64,000 nt of DNA from Eledone cirrhosa (GCA_964016885.1 OZ024740.1:125364001-125428000); one strand, 5' to 3'; shown: positions 12,236 through 22,636, counted from the stretch's first letter. Numbers and translations: made by a program. Notes: generated by a model not told the origin, from the letters alone.

Positions 12236-13021
12236 AAGTATGTAAAAAACATAGATATAAATACACACACACATATACACATACACGCGCACATACGAAT
12301 GCATTCGTATACATATAAAAACCAGCAGTATGAATAAATGGGTACAAATTATACGCAAGTAAACATACATAAAAGCGGCTGAGGGAGAACAGAATATATC
12401 TGGAGTTGAAAACGCAAGTGACAAGTGATATCAGGTAGTGAAAGAAGAGGGGAAGTAAAATATGTAAAATTGTGAATATATAAAGTAAGTGAATCAAAAA
12501 GAAGGGGGGGGGGTCACTGGTGGATGTGAAGTAAAAATAAAGTTAAAAATACAAGTAAATAAGAAAGAGAAGTCTGTAAAGAAGGTAAGTTAAGGAAAGT
12601 GAAGAACAAGAGTTTATGGAAGATAAGTATCTGAAAGTGAGTTAAGTTTATATGAGCTGGAAAGCAAGTCTGATTTCAACTGGTGAAAATTTCTGTTTTT
12701 GCATTTAGGCAGGTTTTTGGTGATTTAAGGTTCTGTAAAATCCAATATTTTTCACTTATGCAGAGTGCGCATCTTCTTGTTCCTTTTGCATGTTCTTTAG
12801 ATTGGTTCAAAATTGACCAATCTAATTTATATTGGATACCTTGGTCTTTCAAATCCCATATTCTGCTAGCCAGAGCTGTTGTAAATCTTTTTTCAGGATG
12901 TCGGAAAGATGCGACATGTGAGTAAAAACATGTGAATATTATACATTAAATTTACTCTGTAACTTACATAGTGCGCTCTTCACTCCTATGACTGTTTCAC
13001 TTTTCAACGGAAACTTCAATA

Positions 13022-13122
<101 letters not shown>

Positions 13123-13635
13123 ACTGTATTTGATGGCTGTAAGAAGCACTTTCTTTTCAAATGAAACATCTCAGAAAAGCTCCCTGCAACATATAAGGTC
13201 AAGAATCAGTGTGGGTTGCTGGCTCGTGTATTTCTAGTACTACTGTGACCCTTATATTAAATTGGGAAAAATCTTCACTGATGTAAACAAGGTGGCGATT
13301 GCCTCGACAACAACAAAGGCAACTCTTTTTTTTATATCTACAATTTTAACGAATTTTATGATGAATGAAATAAATTTATTTTAAAACATACGATGTAAAG
13401 AATAAAGTAATTTTATTTTCACTCTTTCTAATGTTTTAAAAATGTATTCAAATATTACAACTAGAATTATCGTGTAGAATGATAATAAAAAAAATACGAT
13501 GTAAAGATTTTATACCCTTCACCTAACATTCGTAGTTTAAACCCATTTGTTTTGTTTTTTTAATGCCTGCCCAAATATGGGCATCTTATAAGCCCATGAG
13601 TCATATAAATCATCAAATATGGTATATATTACATA

Positions 13636-13700
<65 letters not shown>
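13636..13700. repeat. (TAA)n microsatellite at the 5' flank of the Dong-like LINE
   Basis: Seen directly. Confidence 0.97.
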
Positions 13701-13764
13701 GAAGTGGTAACACGAAATTATTACCCCTTGGCGGATAAGGATAAAACGCGACAAAATAAAGTAA

Positions 13765-14718
13765 ATGTCTAATGATAAAATCTCATACCGGATCGGCCGT
13801 CACCCGGGTAAAAAAGGGCCGCGTCCCTCAGAGAGGAACCAGACTGGGGTCGAAAAATCAGCTAATGGTTCAAACCTTCCCATCACTTCGGAGCTGGAGA
13901 CCTCCCATGACCGGAATACTCCTACTGTTGGCCCTCCATGCTCACCACCAAGAAATCCAAATAAAAAGAGAGATAAATGGTCAAGGGAAGATAATAAAGA
14001 AGTCCTTGAGGCTTTCTACACTGCCATGTACTACCCATCAAATACATCGAATACAGAACAGACATATATCAACTGGAAAAAGAAACATCCCGAAAACAGA
14101 GGCTATATTGACAGTAACAAACTAGCCAATATACGAAGAAATATTGTAAGAAAAAAGTTACTAACTGATATAGAAATTGATCAGATCAAGCTATTAGCAC
14201 AAAGTCAGCGAAGGGAAAATGAAACATGTGTCAGCGAAAACGAGGTAAATTGTAACACTTCGAATCCCAGGGTTGGGGCTGAATCACTGGCAACAGAACA
14301 AATTAAAGAAAGGATCGAAAAAGTGGAGGGAGTGCATGCTCAAGATGAAACTCCAAATGAAAATAATTCGATCGTAAATGATAAAGAAATGAATGAGAAT
14401 GAACTTGCCAACTTGAAGGATGAAATTATGATCGAATGGATGAAAATGAAAGAATCTGACATGGGGCAACGAGACACCCTCCCTAAGATCCAGAACTCCA
14501 AACAGAACCAAAAGATAATACACAAGACTATCATAATTCTCAAAAACATTATCATCACAAACAAACTAAACATTACTGATTTAAATCATCTCTATTATGC
14601 ATCAGCTAAAGTCACCACTCACTTATGTGGAGTGAAGATGAAAAAGACAAAGGAATTCCCACAAGAAATCTACTTGGCAAGAGAACATCAATCGCCAAAT
14701 AAACCTTCTCCGATCTGA
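13765..14718 (+). pseudogene. Dong-like ORF, N-terminal fragment (frameshift near 14650-14700)
   Basis: 317-aa ORF starting at an ATG 64 nt inside the element and continuing in another frame into the RT. Confidence 0.8.
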
Positions 14719-14779
14719 CATAGAAATTTTAACAAACTATAAAGTAGGTGAACATGTTAAACAAACTAAACTTAGAAAA

Positions 14780-16378
14780 TTGAAAACAAAGTACAGTATA
14801 AAATCAACATGTGACATAGACATGCTGATAGAAATAATCAAGCAAAAAGTGTCGGCGAAAGCTGCTCGTATAAGGCGCTTTGAAAAACGATCTAGATTTT
14901 ATAAGGACAATAATATGTTAAAAGACAAGCAAAGAAACTTGTACAGAAAAATTGGTAAGTCAACAATAACTGATAAATCAATACCACCCAAGGAGGAAGT
15001 GCAAGAATTCTGGGAAAAGATCTGGGCCGAAGAAAAAGTTCATAACATACATGCCCCATGGATAGAAAGACAAATGAAAGATACAGCTCACCTTGAGGAA
15101 CAAATATGGGAAAATATAACAGTTGAACAGTTGCGCTTGGATCTAAGAAAAACCAGCAAATGGAAATCCCCAGGAAAAGACAAAATACAAAACTTTTGGA
15201 TAAATGCCTTCACAGAGTCTCATGAGCTGTTTGCCCAACTTTACAATGAAATAGTTAAGGAGCCAGAAAAGATACCATCATGGCTAGTTAACGGCATTAC
15301 ATTCCTGCTTCCGAAGAATGATGAGACAAACAATCCCAAAAATTACAGACCGATAACTTGCTTGACCACAATGTATAAAATTTTAACATCAGTCCTAACT
15401 GAATACACATATGACCACTTGATAACAAATCACCTATTTCCCATTGAGCAGAAAGGGTGTAAACGAGGCTCATATGGCTGTAGGGATCAGCTTCTGGTTA
15501 ACAAAATGATACTGGAAGATTGTCATAATAGACACAAAAATCTATCGATTGCTTGGATAGATTATAAAAAAGCATTCGATAGTTTGCCACACAGTTGGAT
15601 TGAAAAATGTTTAGAGATTTTCAAAATATCCCCCGTTGTCAGGAGGTTTTTGTCATTCAGTATGAAGACATGGAAAACGACACTCCTTTTGAATAGTGAA
15701 ACAAAATCACTGGAAGCTGGAGAAGTTAATATTAATTGTGGAATTTTTCAGGGTGACTCTTTATCACCCCTTTTATTCTGCATCGCACTTATACCATTAA
15801 GTAAAATGCTCAATGAAACAAAACATGGATATAAAGTCTATGACAAAACCATTAATCACCTGTTCTACATGGATGACCTGAAACTATTTGCAAAAAATGA
15901 TGAGCAATTGCAAGGGCTATTATCCACTGTGGAGCAGTTCAGTGATGACATTAAAATGGAGTTTGGACTAGATAAATGCGCCAAAGCAACGTTCACCAGA
16001 GGAAAGCTGCTGAAGAGTTCAGACGTTAATCTTGATCGGGGGAACGTGATAAGAGAACTTGATCAAGAAAAAACTTACAAATATCTAGGTGTTTGTGAAG
16101 GAGACGGAATCAAGCACTCGACAATGAGGGAAAAGATAAGGAAGGAATGTTACCGCAGAGTAAGAGTAATCTTAAGAACGGAATTGAATGCAAGGAATAG
16201 GATCGATGCCATAAACACGCTCGCCATACCAGTAGTAACCTACAGTTACAATGTCATCAACTGGTCAAGCACAGAGATCCGTAGGCTCGATACAAAAATT
16301 AGAAAATTCTTAACCATGCACAGAATGCATCACCCTACGGCAGATACAGATAGAATATATCTCCCTAGAAAAGAATGA
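14780..16378 (+). CDS. Reverse transcriptase domain of the Dong-like LINE (ends at a premature TGA)
   Basis: 532-aa ORF with a complete RT motif set including YMDD. The TGA sits in the conserved KEGGRGL motif and homology continues to ~16640. Confidence 0.92.
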   Translation: MKTKYSIKSTCDIDMLIEIIKQKVSAKAARIRRFEKRSRFYKDNNMLKDKQRNLYRKIGKSTITDKSIPPKEEVQEFWEKIWAEEKVHNIHAPWIERQMKDTAHLEEQIWENITVEQLRLDLRKTSKWKSPGKDKIQNFWINAFTESHELFAQLYNEIVKEPEKIPSWLVNGITFLLPKNDETNNPKNYRPITCLTTMYKILTSVLTEYTYDHLITNHLFPIEQKGCKRGSYGCRDQLLVNKMILEDCHNRHKNLSIAWIDYKKAFDSLPHSWIEKCLEIFKISPVVRRFLSFSMKTWKTTLLLNSETKSLEAGEVNINCGIFQGDSLSPLLFCIALIPLSKMLNETKHGYKVYDKTINHLFYMDDLKLFAKNDEQLQGLLSTVEQFSDDIKMEFGLDKCAKATFTRGKLLKSSDVNLDRGNVIRELDQEKTYKYLGVCEGDGIKHSTMREKIRKECYRRVRVILRTELNARNRIDAINTLAIPVVTYSYNVINWSSTEIRRLDTKIRKFLTMHRMHHPTADTDRIYLPRKE

Positions 16379-16667
16379 GGACGTGGGTTAATCCAGTTAG
16401 ATATTGCGTTGAAAACTGCAACAATTGGATTATTTAGATATTTAAGGGAATCACATGATTGGATGATCAAACTCGTTTTGAAACACGAAAGCATCAAAAG
16501 AGCATTCTCCATTACAAAAGATGCACAAAGATACAGTAATGGACTACAAATTTCAGAAGTCCCATTTACTGCTGAAATGAAAACACAGAAAAAGCCAAGC
16601 AGGTAAAAGTAACTGCAAAGAAAGAACTGCTACAGAAACTGCCCTCTACCAGTTTTCCACCTTTAAT

Positions 16668-17321
16668 TTACAGATATATACTCAGAGTAGGCCCATTCAC
16701 TCGGGCCATTCTTGCTTCTCTCACCCATCTTTCAACAAAATGCTGGGAAGAGAGCACTTCCCTCTCTACTCTGATTTTCCTTTTCAAATGAAATTTGAAA
16801 AAGTCAATCAGAGCATCACCGAAGAGGGAAGTGCTCGTCTTCAGCCCTTTCAAACGTGTCCACCATACTATCTCTTTCGCCATGGCCACCAGACAGATAA
16901 AAACTGCTTGCCCTTCCCGGCTAAAGGAGGAGGGCGGGGCAATCCTCACGATGGACTCAGATGATAGCCGGATCCGTCCTAAACGCGACAGCAGGTGTTC
17001 GACATAAACCCACAAGTCAGCAATTTTCGGACACTGGACGAGTGCGTGCAGGACGGTTTCGTCGCCCTGCGCGCATCTCGGACATGCCCGGCTGACGGCA
17101 CCTCCATGCCTGTAGAGTTTATCCCGAACTGGCAAGGCTCCTCGGTAGCACTGCCCGGCCAGAGATTTCTGGAAGTTGTCCATAGGCCCTGGCCCGAAAG
17201 TTCTTCCGAAGAGATTGGCTAGTTGATTTTCGTCGACGCCTAGAGTTTCCCCAAGTACGTCGTCGCTCTTCCCCTCCACTAATCCTCTATAGAACGCCGA
17301 GGTGGAGTTTCCACCGATCAC
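16668..17321 (-). pseudogene. Tx1-like ORF2 C-terminal zinc-binding (zf-RVT-like) segment
   Basis: RGALPVRDKL...CPRCAQGDETVLHALVQC. Same frame as 17496-19796, separated by two TGA stops (17496-17498, 17400-17402). Confidence 0.88.
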
Positions 17322-17495
17322 ATTGCCCGATTGGTCGAGGGCTGTGAGCGCCTGAAGACATTCCAGTCTCCAGGCGCTCCCTCTCGGTCTTTGCTTGACT
17401 CAGGACTGCAGCTCCGTCAAGGAAACGAGCTGGGGAAATACGTGTCTAGCAAACGGCGACCACACATGATCACCGTTGAGAAAGAGGTGGAGATG

Positions 17496-19796
17496 TCATA
17501 GCCTGAGCGCGTGCCTGCGCATCATCAGCCACGGCATGCCCAGCCCTCCACGTAGCGGGTGTTGACAACAGATGGACCGCCTGACCATCGGAGCGCGTCC
17601 CTTCCACAAAAAGCGAAAGAGCAAACGCTCCAGCGCAGTCAGGCGAGGCTTAGGACAAGGTACGACGGTCAGGCGGTAGCAGATGACAGACGCGATGTAC
17701 GCGTTAGCCACCTCCGCTCGACCTTTCAGGGATAGCTTCCTCTCGGCCCATTTCTGGGTGAGAGAAGCCACCCTGCTCGTCACCTCGTCCCAGTTTTTGT
17801 CCGTCTGGAGGTCCGGACCGAAACAGACCCCTAGCAATTTAACCGGTCCGTCCGTCCAGCGTCCGACGACGCTGTTGGGCGGCATGGACCTGCCTCTCCA
17901 GGTGCCGAGCTGCAGACCCACTGACTTTTCCTGGTTGATCATTGCTTCTGTCACCGCTTCGTATTCTCTTAGTGTAGTGCCGATCGCCTCGATGTGTTTG
18001 GCGTTCGACACCACTACGGTGACATCGTCCGCATATGCTGACATGGATCTTCCGCATCCTAGTTCGCGTGGGACGCCCCTCAACGTCTCCAGTTTGTGCA
18101 GTAATGGCTCGAGAGTCAATACGTACAAGAGGGACGAGAGGGGACATCCTTGGCGGACCGAGCGCATGATGTTGAACGGTTCCGACAGGTTACCGTTCAC
18201 TCTCACCACAGAGCAGATGTCGCTGTGCATGGCAGCGATCCAGCCTCTGAAGACGGGCGCAAAGCCAGCCGCCCTCAGGACTGCCGCTAGGTAACGATGG
18301 TCGACCCTATCGAAAGCTTTCGACTGATCTAAATTGATCAAGGATCCACCCGTGCCAGGTTCCCTAGCTACTCTCTCTACGATGTATCGCATGAGGTGGA
18401 GGTTGTCGTGGATGGATCTGTCGGGAATGGCGCATGTCTGCGCCTCTCCCACCAGACCACCAACGACAGGCGCCAACCTATTTGCTAGCACCTTGGCCAA
18501 AATCTTGAACTCTGTGTTTAGCAGAGTTATGGGCCGGAAATTATCTATGTTATCCCCCTTGTTCGGATCCTTTCTCAGCAGTGCCACCGCTCCTCGTCTC
18601 ACAGAACTGGGAATTCTGCCGTTCTGTTGCCAGTTGCAGTAGACGTCCGCCAAGAGGCCTCCGAACAAGCCTGGCATCTGTACGTAATGTTCATAGGGCA
18701 GACCATCCAAACCAGGCAATTTACCCCTTGTGCAGCCAGTCATTGCCTCCCTTACTTCAGCGGCTGTTATCGGCTTTTCGCAACACCTCGCCTCAGTGGC
18801 CGAGAGCCGCAGCAGTCCTTCGAGGTAGACACTAAAGTCCATCCCTCGACCCGGCCCACCGCTGCCCCCGAACAGCTGAGTGAAGTGTCGCTGAAAAGCT
18901 TCACACATTTGCCCGGGATCGAGTAGCATGTGCCCGTCGTGGTCCACCAAAGACCGGATCGTGGCTTTGTTGCCACGACGCGCCTCCGCCACTCGGGCCC
19001 ATTGAACGGCTTTCGTCCCCTCGTGTTTGAGAGCACGCACCCTTGCTCTGACAACGCAGCCTTCGTGCTTTGCATTGAAGAATTGGTCAAGGGCCAATTT
19101 CGCCGCAAGCACGTCGGTCGCAATGCCTTTGCTAAGCGCCTCGTCTAATTTTCTAACTAGTTCTCCTTCTGCTCTATTTTTCTCTATTGCTAAAGCCTTA
19201 CTAAACCTAATGGATTCTATTCTAATCGCTCTTTTCAGAGCAAACCACCACTTGTTGTTGACGATGGCCCCCGTCAACGCCCGCTTAACTAGTTCGCTAA
19301 TCCGGTCTCTGTAGGCCTTGCGCGCTGGTAAGGACGCTTTTAGCTTCCAGTAGCCGGGTCCTCGTCTATGAAGCCTATCTAAGTCAAGCACACAGATCAC
19401 GAATTTGTGGTCCGTGTAGCTGACTATCTTGAATTGTGGACATCCTATGCTTGACCTATCTATTTCCCTACAAAATACTCTATCTAGATATGATCTGGAT
19501 GACCCTATACGATTTGTCCAAGTCCACATTGGCACATTCGGGAAATCCAATCGGTACCTGTCAGACAGTTCAAAACGCCTGAGCAGGTTGGTGAGGCTCT
19601 TGCACCCTCCACCTCTATCCGCTAATCCCACACAGTCCCAGCGTGCATCTAAGATCCCGTTCCAGTCGCCCACTAACACTAAAGAGCGGGACGTTCCAAG
19701 AAAGGTCTCCAGATGCCGCAAGAAATCAGGCCGCTCTGCTCCTGTCGGGGCATAGACGGCCACTAGCCTGAAAGCTTGCCCGTCTCCGCTGGTCAC
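17496..19796 (-). CDS. Tx1-like ORF2 main part: APE endonuclease C-terminal half plus reverse transcriptase
   Basis: 766-aa ORF with GDWN, TDH, PGLDGLP, DQSKAFD, QGCPLS and YADD motifs. Confidence 0.93.
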   Translation of the reverse strand: MTSGDGQAFRLVAVYAPTGAERPDFLRHLETFLGTSRSLVLVGDWNGILDARWDCVGLADRGGGCKSLTNLLRRFELSDRYRLDFPNVPMWTWTNRIGSSRSYLDRVFCREIDRSSIGCPQFKIVSYTDHKFVICVLDLDRLHRRGPGYWKLKASLPARKAYRDRISELVKRALTGAIVNNKWWFALKRAIRIESIRFSKALAIEKNRAEGELVRKLDEALSKGIATDVLAAKLALDQFFNAKHEGCVVRARVRALKHEGTKAVQWARVAEARRGNKATIRSLVDHDGHMLLDPGQMCEAFQRHFTQLFGGSGGPGRGMDFSVYLEGLLRLSATEARCCEKPITAAEVREAMTGCTRGKLPGLDGLPYEHYVQMPGLFGGLLADVYCNWQQNGRIPSSVRRGAVALLRKDPNKGDNIDNFRPITLLNTEFKILAKVLANRLAPVVGGLVGEAQTCAIPDRSIHDNLHLMRYIVERVAREPGTGGSLINLDQSKAFDRVDHRYLAAVLRAAGFAPVFRGWIAAMHSDICSVVRVNGNLSEPFNIMRSVRQGCPLSSLLYVLTLEPLLHKLETLRGVPRELGCGRSMSAYADDVTVVVSNAKHIEAIGTTLREYEAVTEAMINQEKSVGLQLGTWRGRSMPPNSVVGRWTDGPVKLLGVCFGPDLQTDKNWDEVTSRVASLTQKWAERKLSLKGRAEVANAYIASVICYRLTVVPCPKPRLTALERLLFRFLWKGRAPMVRRSICCQHPLRGGLGMPWLMMRRHALRL

Positions 19797-20086
19797 TCCA
19801 GCACCACCAACTTACCCTCTGGGTCCAGGAAGATGGCCCGTATGGCGAGATCCAAACCTCTCCGAAAAAGCACAGCAACTCCTCCCCCCGATCCAGGACG
19901 GTTGGGAGATGCGTACACATCGTAGCCGCCGAAGGTCGCTGCGAAGGCCCGTGCTTCGGAGATTCTGGTCTCGCTGATGGCCACTACATCTATGTTTAGT
20001 GACCTGAGGTCGTTGAGCAGGTGACCCTGCTTCCATGACGACCCCAAGCCACGCGCATTTATGCTGCCTATTCTGAGTGAGATTAT
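19793..20086 (-). pseudogene. Tx1-like ORF2 N-terminal APE segment (frameshift near 19796)
   Basis: (I)ISLRIGSINARGLGSSWKQGHLLNDLRSLNIDVVAISET...GGGVAVLF...GKLVVL. Confidence 0.88.
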
Positions 20087-20121
20087 GTTTAAAATAGAGT
20101 GGAAAAGATGGAAAAGACCAC

Positions 20122-22224
20122 TTACCGAACTTTTCGTAGAGGAGGGATGGTTTTTACATCCCTTTTCACTTGATCGTCTGGTGAAGGGACCGTTGAATCG
20201 TCCCTTCGGCTAGTCATCGGCTCTTCTATGAGTATGTCCGAATATACTCTTCGATTGATAGTTCCTCCTAGGTCCCTGAAATCACCAACTGCGTTGGGGA
20301 ATTTCGTTTTAATGTTTGTGTATTGTTTCTGTGCAACTTTTAGCAGTCTTATGTTAGTTGGCGTTTTGATTGGTGCTGGTATTATGTAGTCGTGTTGTGA
20401 AATGTCTGTGTGTTCAATTATGTAAGTCATTAGTTTCTTGTTGTGTGTATTTATTGCCGTGCATTTGTTTTTCTGGCGGTGGGGTGTGGTTCTGCTATTT
20501 TCTTGTCGTTGTTGCTGGGTGTGTGTGTTTTGTTGTTGTGTTTGCGATGTTGGTGCTTGTGGTGGTGATGTTGAAGGTGTTGTTGGCGGTGGGGTTGTCG
20601 CCGGTGGTGATGGTGGTGCTAGTGTGGGAGGTGATGGTGTTGGTGGTGTTGCTGCTGTGAGTCTCTTTGCAGTAGACTTTACCCTTTTCTCATTTCTTTC
20701 CTCCCTTTTCAAAGGCGACGATGCGCTGCTTCTGCGTTTGTGCCTTCTTACGACCTTTTGCAATCCCTCTCCCACCTCACACTCCATGTTTGATTCTGTG
20801 AGGTCGGGGAGGGGTACCAGCTCCAATCTTTCACTTGTTGTTGTTGGTGATGTTTGCACTGGAGTCTCTGTTGCAGCTGCATTTGGTATTGCTGTTGTTG
20901 TTAATATTTCCACTGCTGCTGCTGTTTTTGATTTCCGTGGCGTGGGTATGGGTGCCACGGACCTATCGTTCCTGGTTGCCGCTTGACCTGTTGCTGGTAG
21001 CCGTGGAGCCGGTTTCGGAAAGAGGGGGGTTTCTCCTTTCTCGGGGTCTTCTCGTTGCAGAAGGCCCTGAGGTGAGTCTTCGATCCACAGCGAAAGCATT
21101 TCGGGCGTTTGCCCTCAACACTTATGGGCAGTTGAGTGCCGTTATCGAAGTCTATCACATCCGGGATAGCTTCGATGCACTCCTGGTTGGTTTGGATTAA
21201 CATCTCAATGGAGGTGCCGACCCAATTTTCTCTTACTTTTTTCTGTACTTGCAGTACAGTTGTTTTGTCCTCGATTCCGACGAGGACAGACGCGGCCAGC
21301 CAAGAAGGGGCCATCCCGGGGGGGGGGCGTGGGTCAGTTTGACCCTCACAATTTTTTGCCCGCAGTAGGAGGGCACCAACACCATTTCCTCGCTCCTTAG
21401 GGTCACTACAGATTGAGCCTTTGCCTCCTGGGGTGTGGCAAAAAGTACGTCTACGGTGGCATATTTTTTGCCTCGGGTGATGTGCTTTTCCGCTGCCACA
21501 CAGACCCCAAGGCTTTTTGTATTTGAGCCTCTGTGGCTCTTTCAACCCTACGGGATTTTGTACTTACTGTACGGTACGTGACCGTACAGTGCTGTTGGGT
21601 TTCGAAAAATGTTTCCGCTGCCTTGCAGATTGCTCGGTGTCCAGTCTTTGTCACCATCTTCTTCGCTTCCTCTAATTCCTCATTTGTTATGAGGATTGTT
21701 TCCAGGTTCTTCGCGATACCTGCAAACGAGATTGGTTTTTCTTTGCTGCTGTTGTTGTTGTTGTCGTCAGAGCTGCTGTTACTTTTGTTGTTGCTGCAGG
21801 TACTACGACTACTGCCTCCGCCGCTGTTGCTGTGGTTGTTGTTGGTGTTGCTGCTGCTAATGCTGTTGTTGTTTATGCTGCTGGTGATGCTGTTGCGGCT
21901 GCTACTGTTGTTTTCATTGTCACTGTTGCTGTTGTTATTACGGCTGCTACTGCTATTATTCCTGACGTCAGACGAATGAAATGGGTTTTCGTATTTCCCG
22001 CACACCTGTTTCGTCGTTGTCGTCGTCGTCGTCGTGGAGAAATCTTGCACGCTTTGCACGAGACTTTTCTTTTCTGTCGTCGCTTGCGAAAGAGAAGGGA
22101 GGGAGAGAGACACATTTAAAGAAGGGAGGGAGAGAGACAATCTTCTCTCTGCTGTAGTGATGATTGAGGAAGAAGAAGACGGAATGAGTGGGAGTGACCT
22201 ATGAAAATTCTTTTTCGTAGCCAT
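20122..22224 (-). pseudogene. Tx1-like ORF1 (gag-like, CCHC zinc knuckle), about three frameshifts
   Basis: Joined from ORFs 21451-22260, 21233-21499, 20901-21545 and 20122-21099. Contains CFRCGSKTHLRAFC (C-x2-C-x4-H-x4-C), an N/S/T low-complexity N-terminus and a P/T/Q-rich C-terminal region. Confidence 0.85.
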
Positions 22225-22440
22225 GTTGTTTTTTTTGTTTAAAATAAATATTGGGCACAAAACCCCAATAAGCAGTTATTTAACCCCGAAGGGCCAAATA
22301 ACGGGCAGAAAGACCCCTCTCACGAGGAGGAGGGTGTTTTTGTCTACAAGTTCGTTAAAGTTTTAAACAATTTACAATTGTTATAGCGTTCAAAATTTAC
22401 AATACCTTACAGAGCCGAGCCTCCGTCAACCATAGCATTC

Positions 22441-22636
22441 AATAATAATAATAATAATTGTTTCTACTTTAGGCACAAGGCCAGGTTTCTTACATAGGCA
22501 CAAGGCCAGCAATTTAAGGGGAGAGGAAAGTCGATTAAATCGACCCCAGTGTTTGAATCAGGCCGTAAAGGGCCGTAACTCTATGCTGCAAAGCATGGTG
22601 TCCAACTCATTACTGATACTGCCAACCCACCGCCCT
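22441..22636 (-). mobile_element. tRNA-derived SINE (family A variant, rearranged)
   Basis: Head ggcggtgggttggcagtatcagta, duplicated ggcacaaggccag near the 3' end, (TTA)n tail abutting the Tx1 5' end. Confidence 0.85.

Larger units (their letters stand above)
11280..12925 (-). mobile_element. Second Penelope-like element 3' portion (different family) with microsatellite-rich 3' region
   Basis: Minus-strand translation of ~12922-12680: SHVASFRHPEKRFTTALASRIWDLKDQGIQYKLDWSILNQSKEHAKGTRRCALCISEKYWILQNLKSPKTCLNAKTEIFTS*. This fits the PLE endonuclease C-terminal pattern H..SF...LS..IW.LK...W.I...C.LC..EK...LN...E. Confidence 0.8.
13701..16640 (+). mobile_element. R4/Dong-clade non-LTR retrotransposon, 5' end apparently intact, 3' truncated (no RLE domain)
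   Basis: Single broken ORF with N-terminal KRDKWSREDNKEVLEAFY and no APE domain. RT motifs NYRPITCL, AWIDYKKAFDSLPH, GIFQGDSLSPLLF, HLFYMDDLKLF, MEFGLDKCA, YKYLG, RIYLPRKE*GRGL. Starts right after (TAA)n, the known Dong target. Confidence 0.9.
16641..22440 (-). mobile_element. L1/Tx1-clade LINE, near full length (ORF1 plus APE-RT-zinc finger ORF2), lightly disabled
   Basis: GC-rich block with a gag-like ORF1, APE motifs (SINARGL, VVAISET, VYAP, LVGDWN, SYLDR, YTDHK), RT motifs (NFRPITLLN, LDQSKAFDRVDH, QGCPLS, AYADDV) and C-terminal CPRC...ETVLHALVQC. Confidence 0.95.

Noticed and set aside
10171-12497. Many overlapping H/T-, C/V- and Y/I-rich ORFs
   Set aside because: Artefacts of CA/TG/TA low-complexity DNA
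16376-17498. All three premature stops in the Dong and Tx1 polymerase ORFs are TGA, suggesting recoding
   Set aside because: They fall at probable Gly, Trp and Arg positions (GGA, TGG, CGA), each one substitution from TGA, and frameshifts co-occur. This is ordinary decay.
17683-21979. Several 70-200 aa plus-strand ORFs
   Set aside because: Antisense shadows of the GC-rich Tx1 ORFs, with no independent motifs
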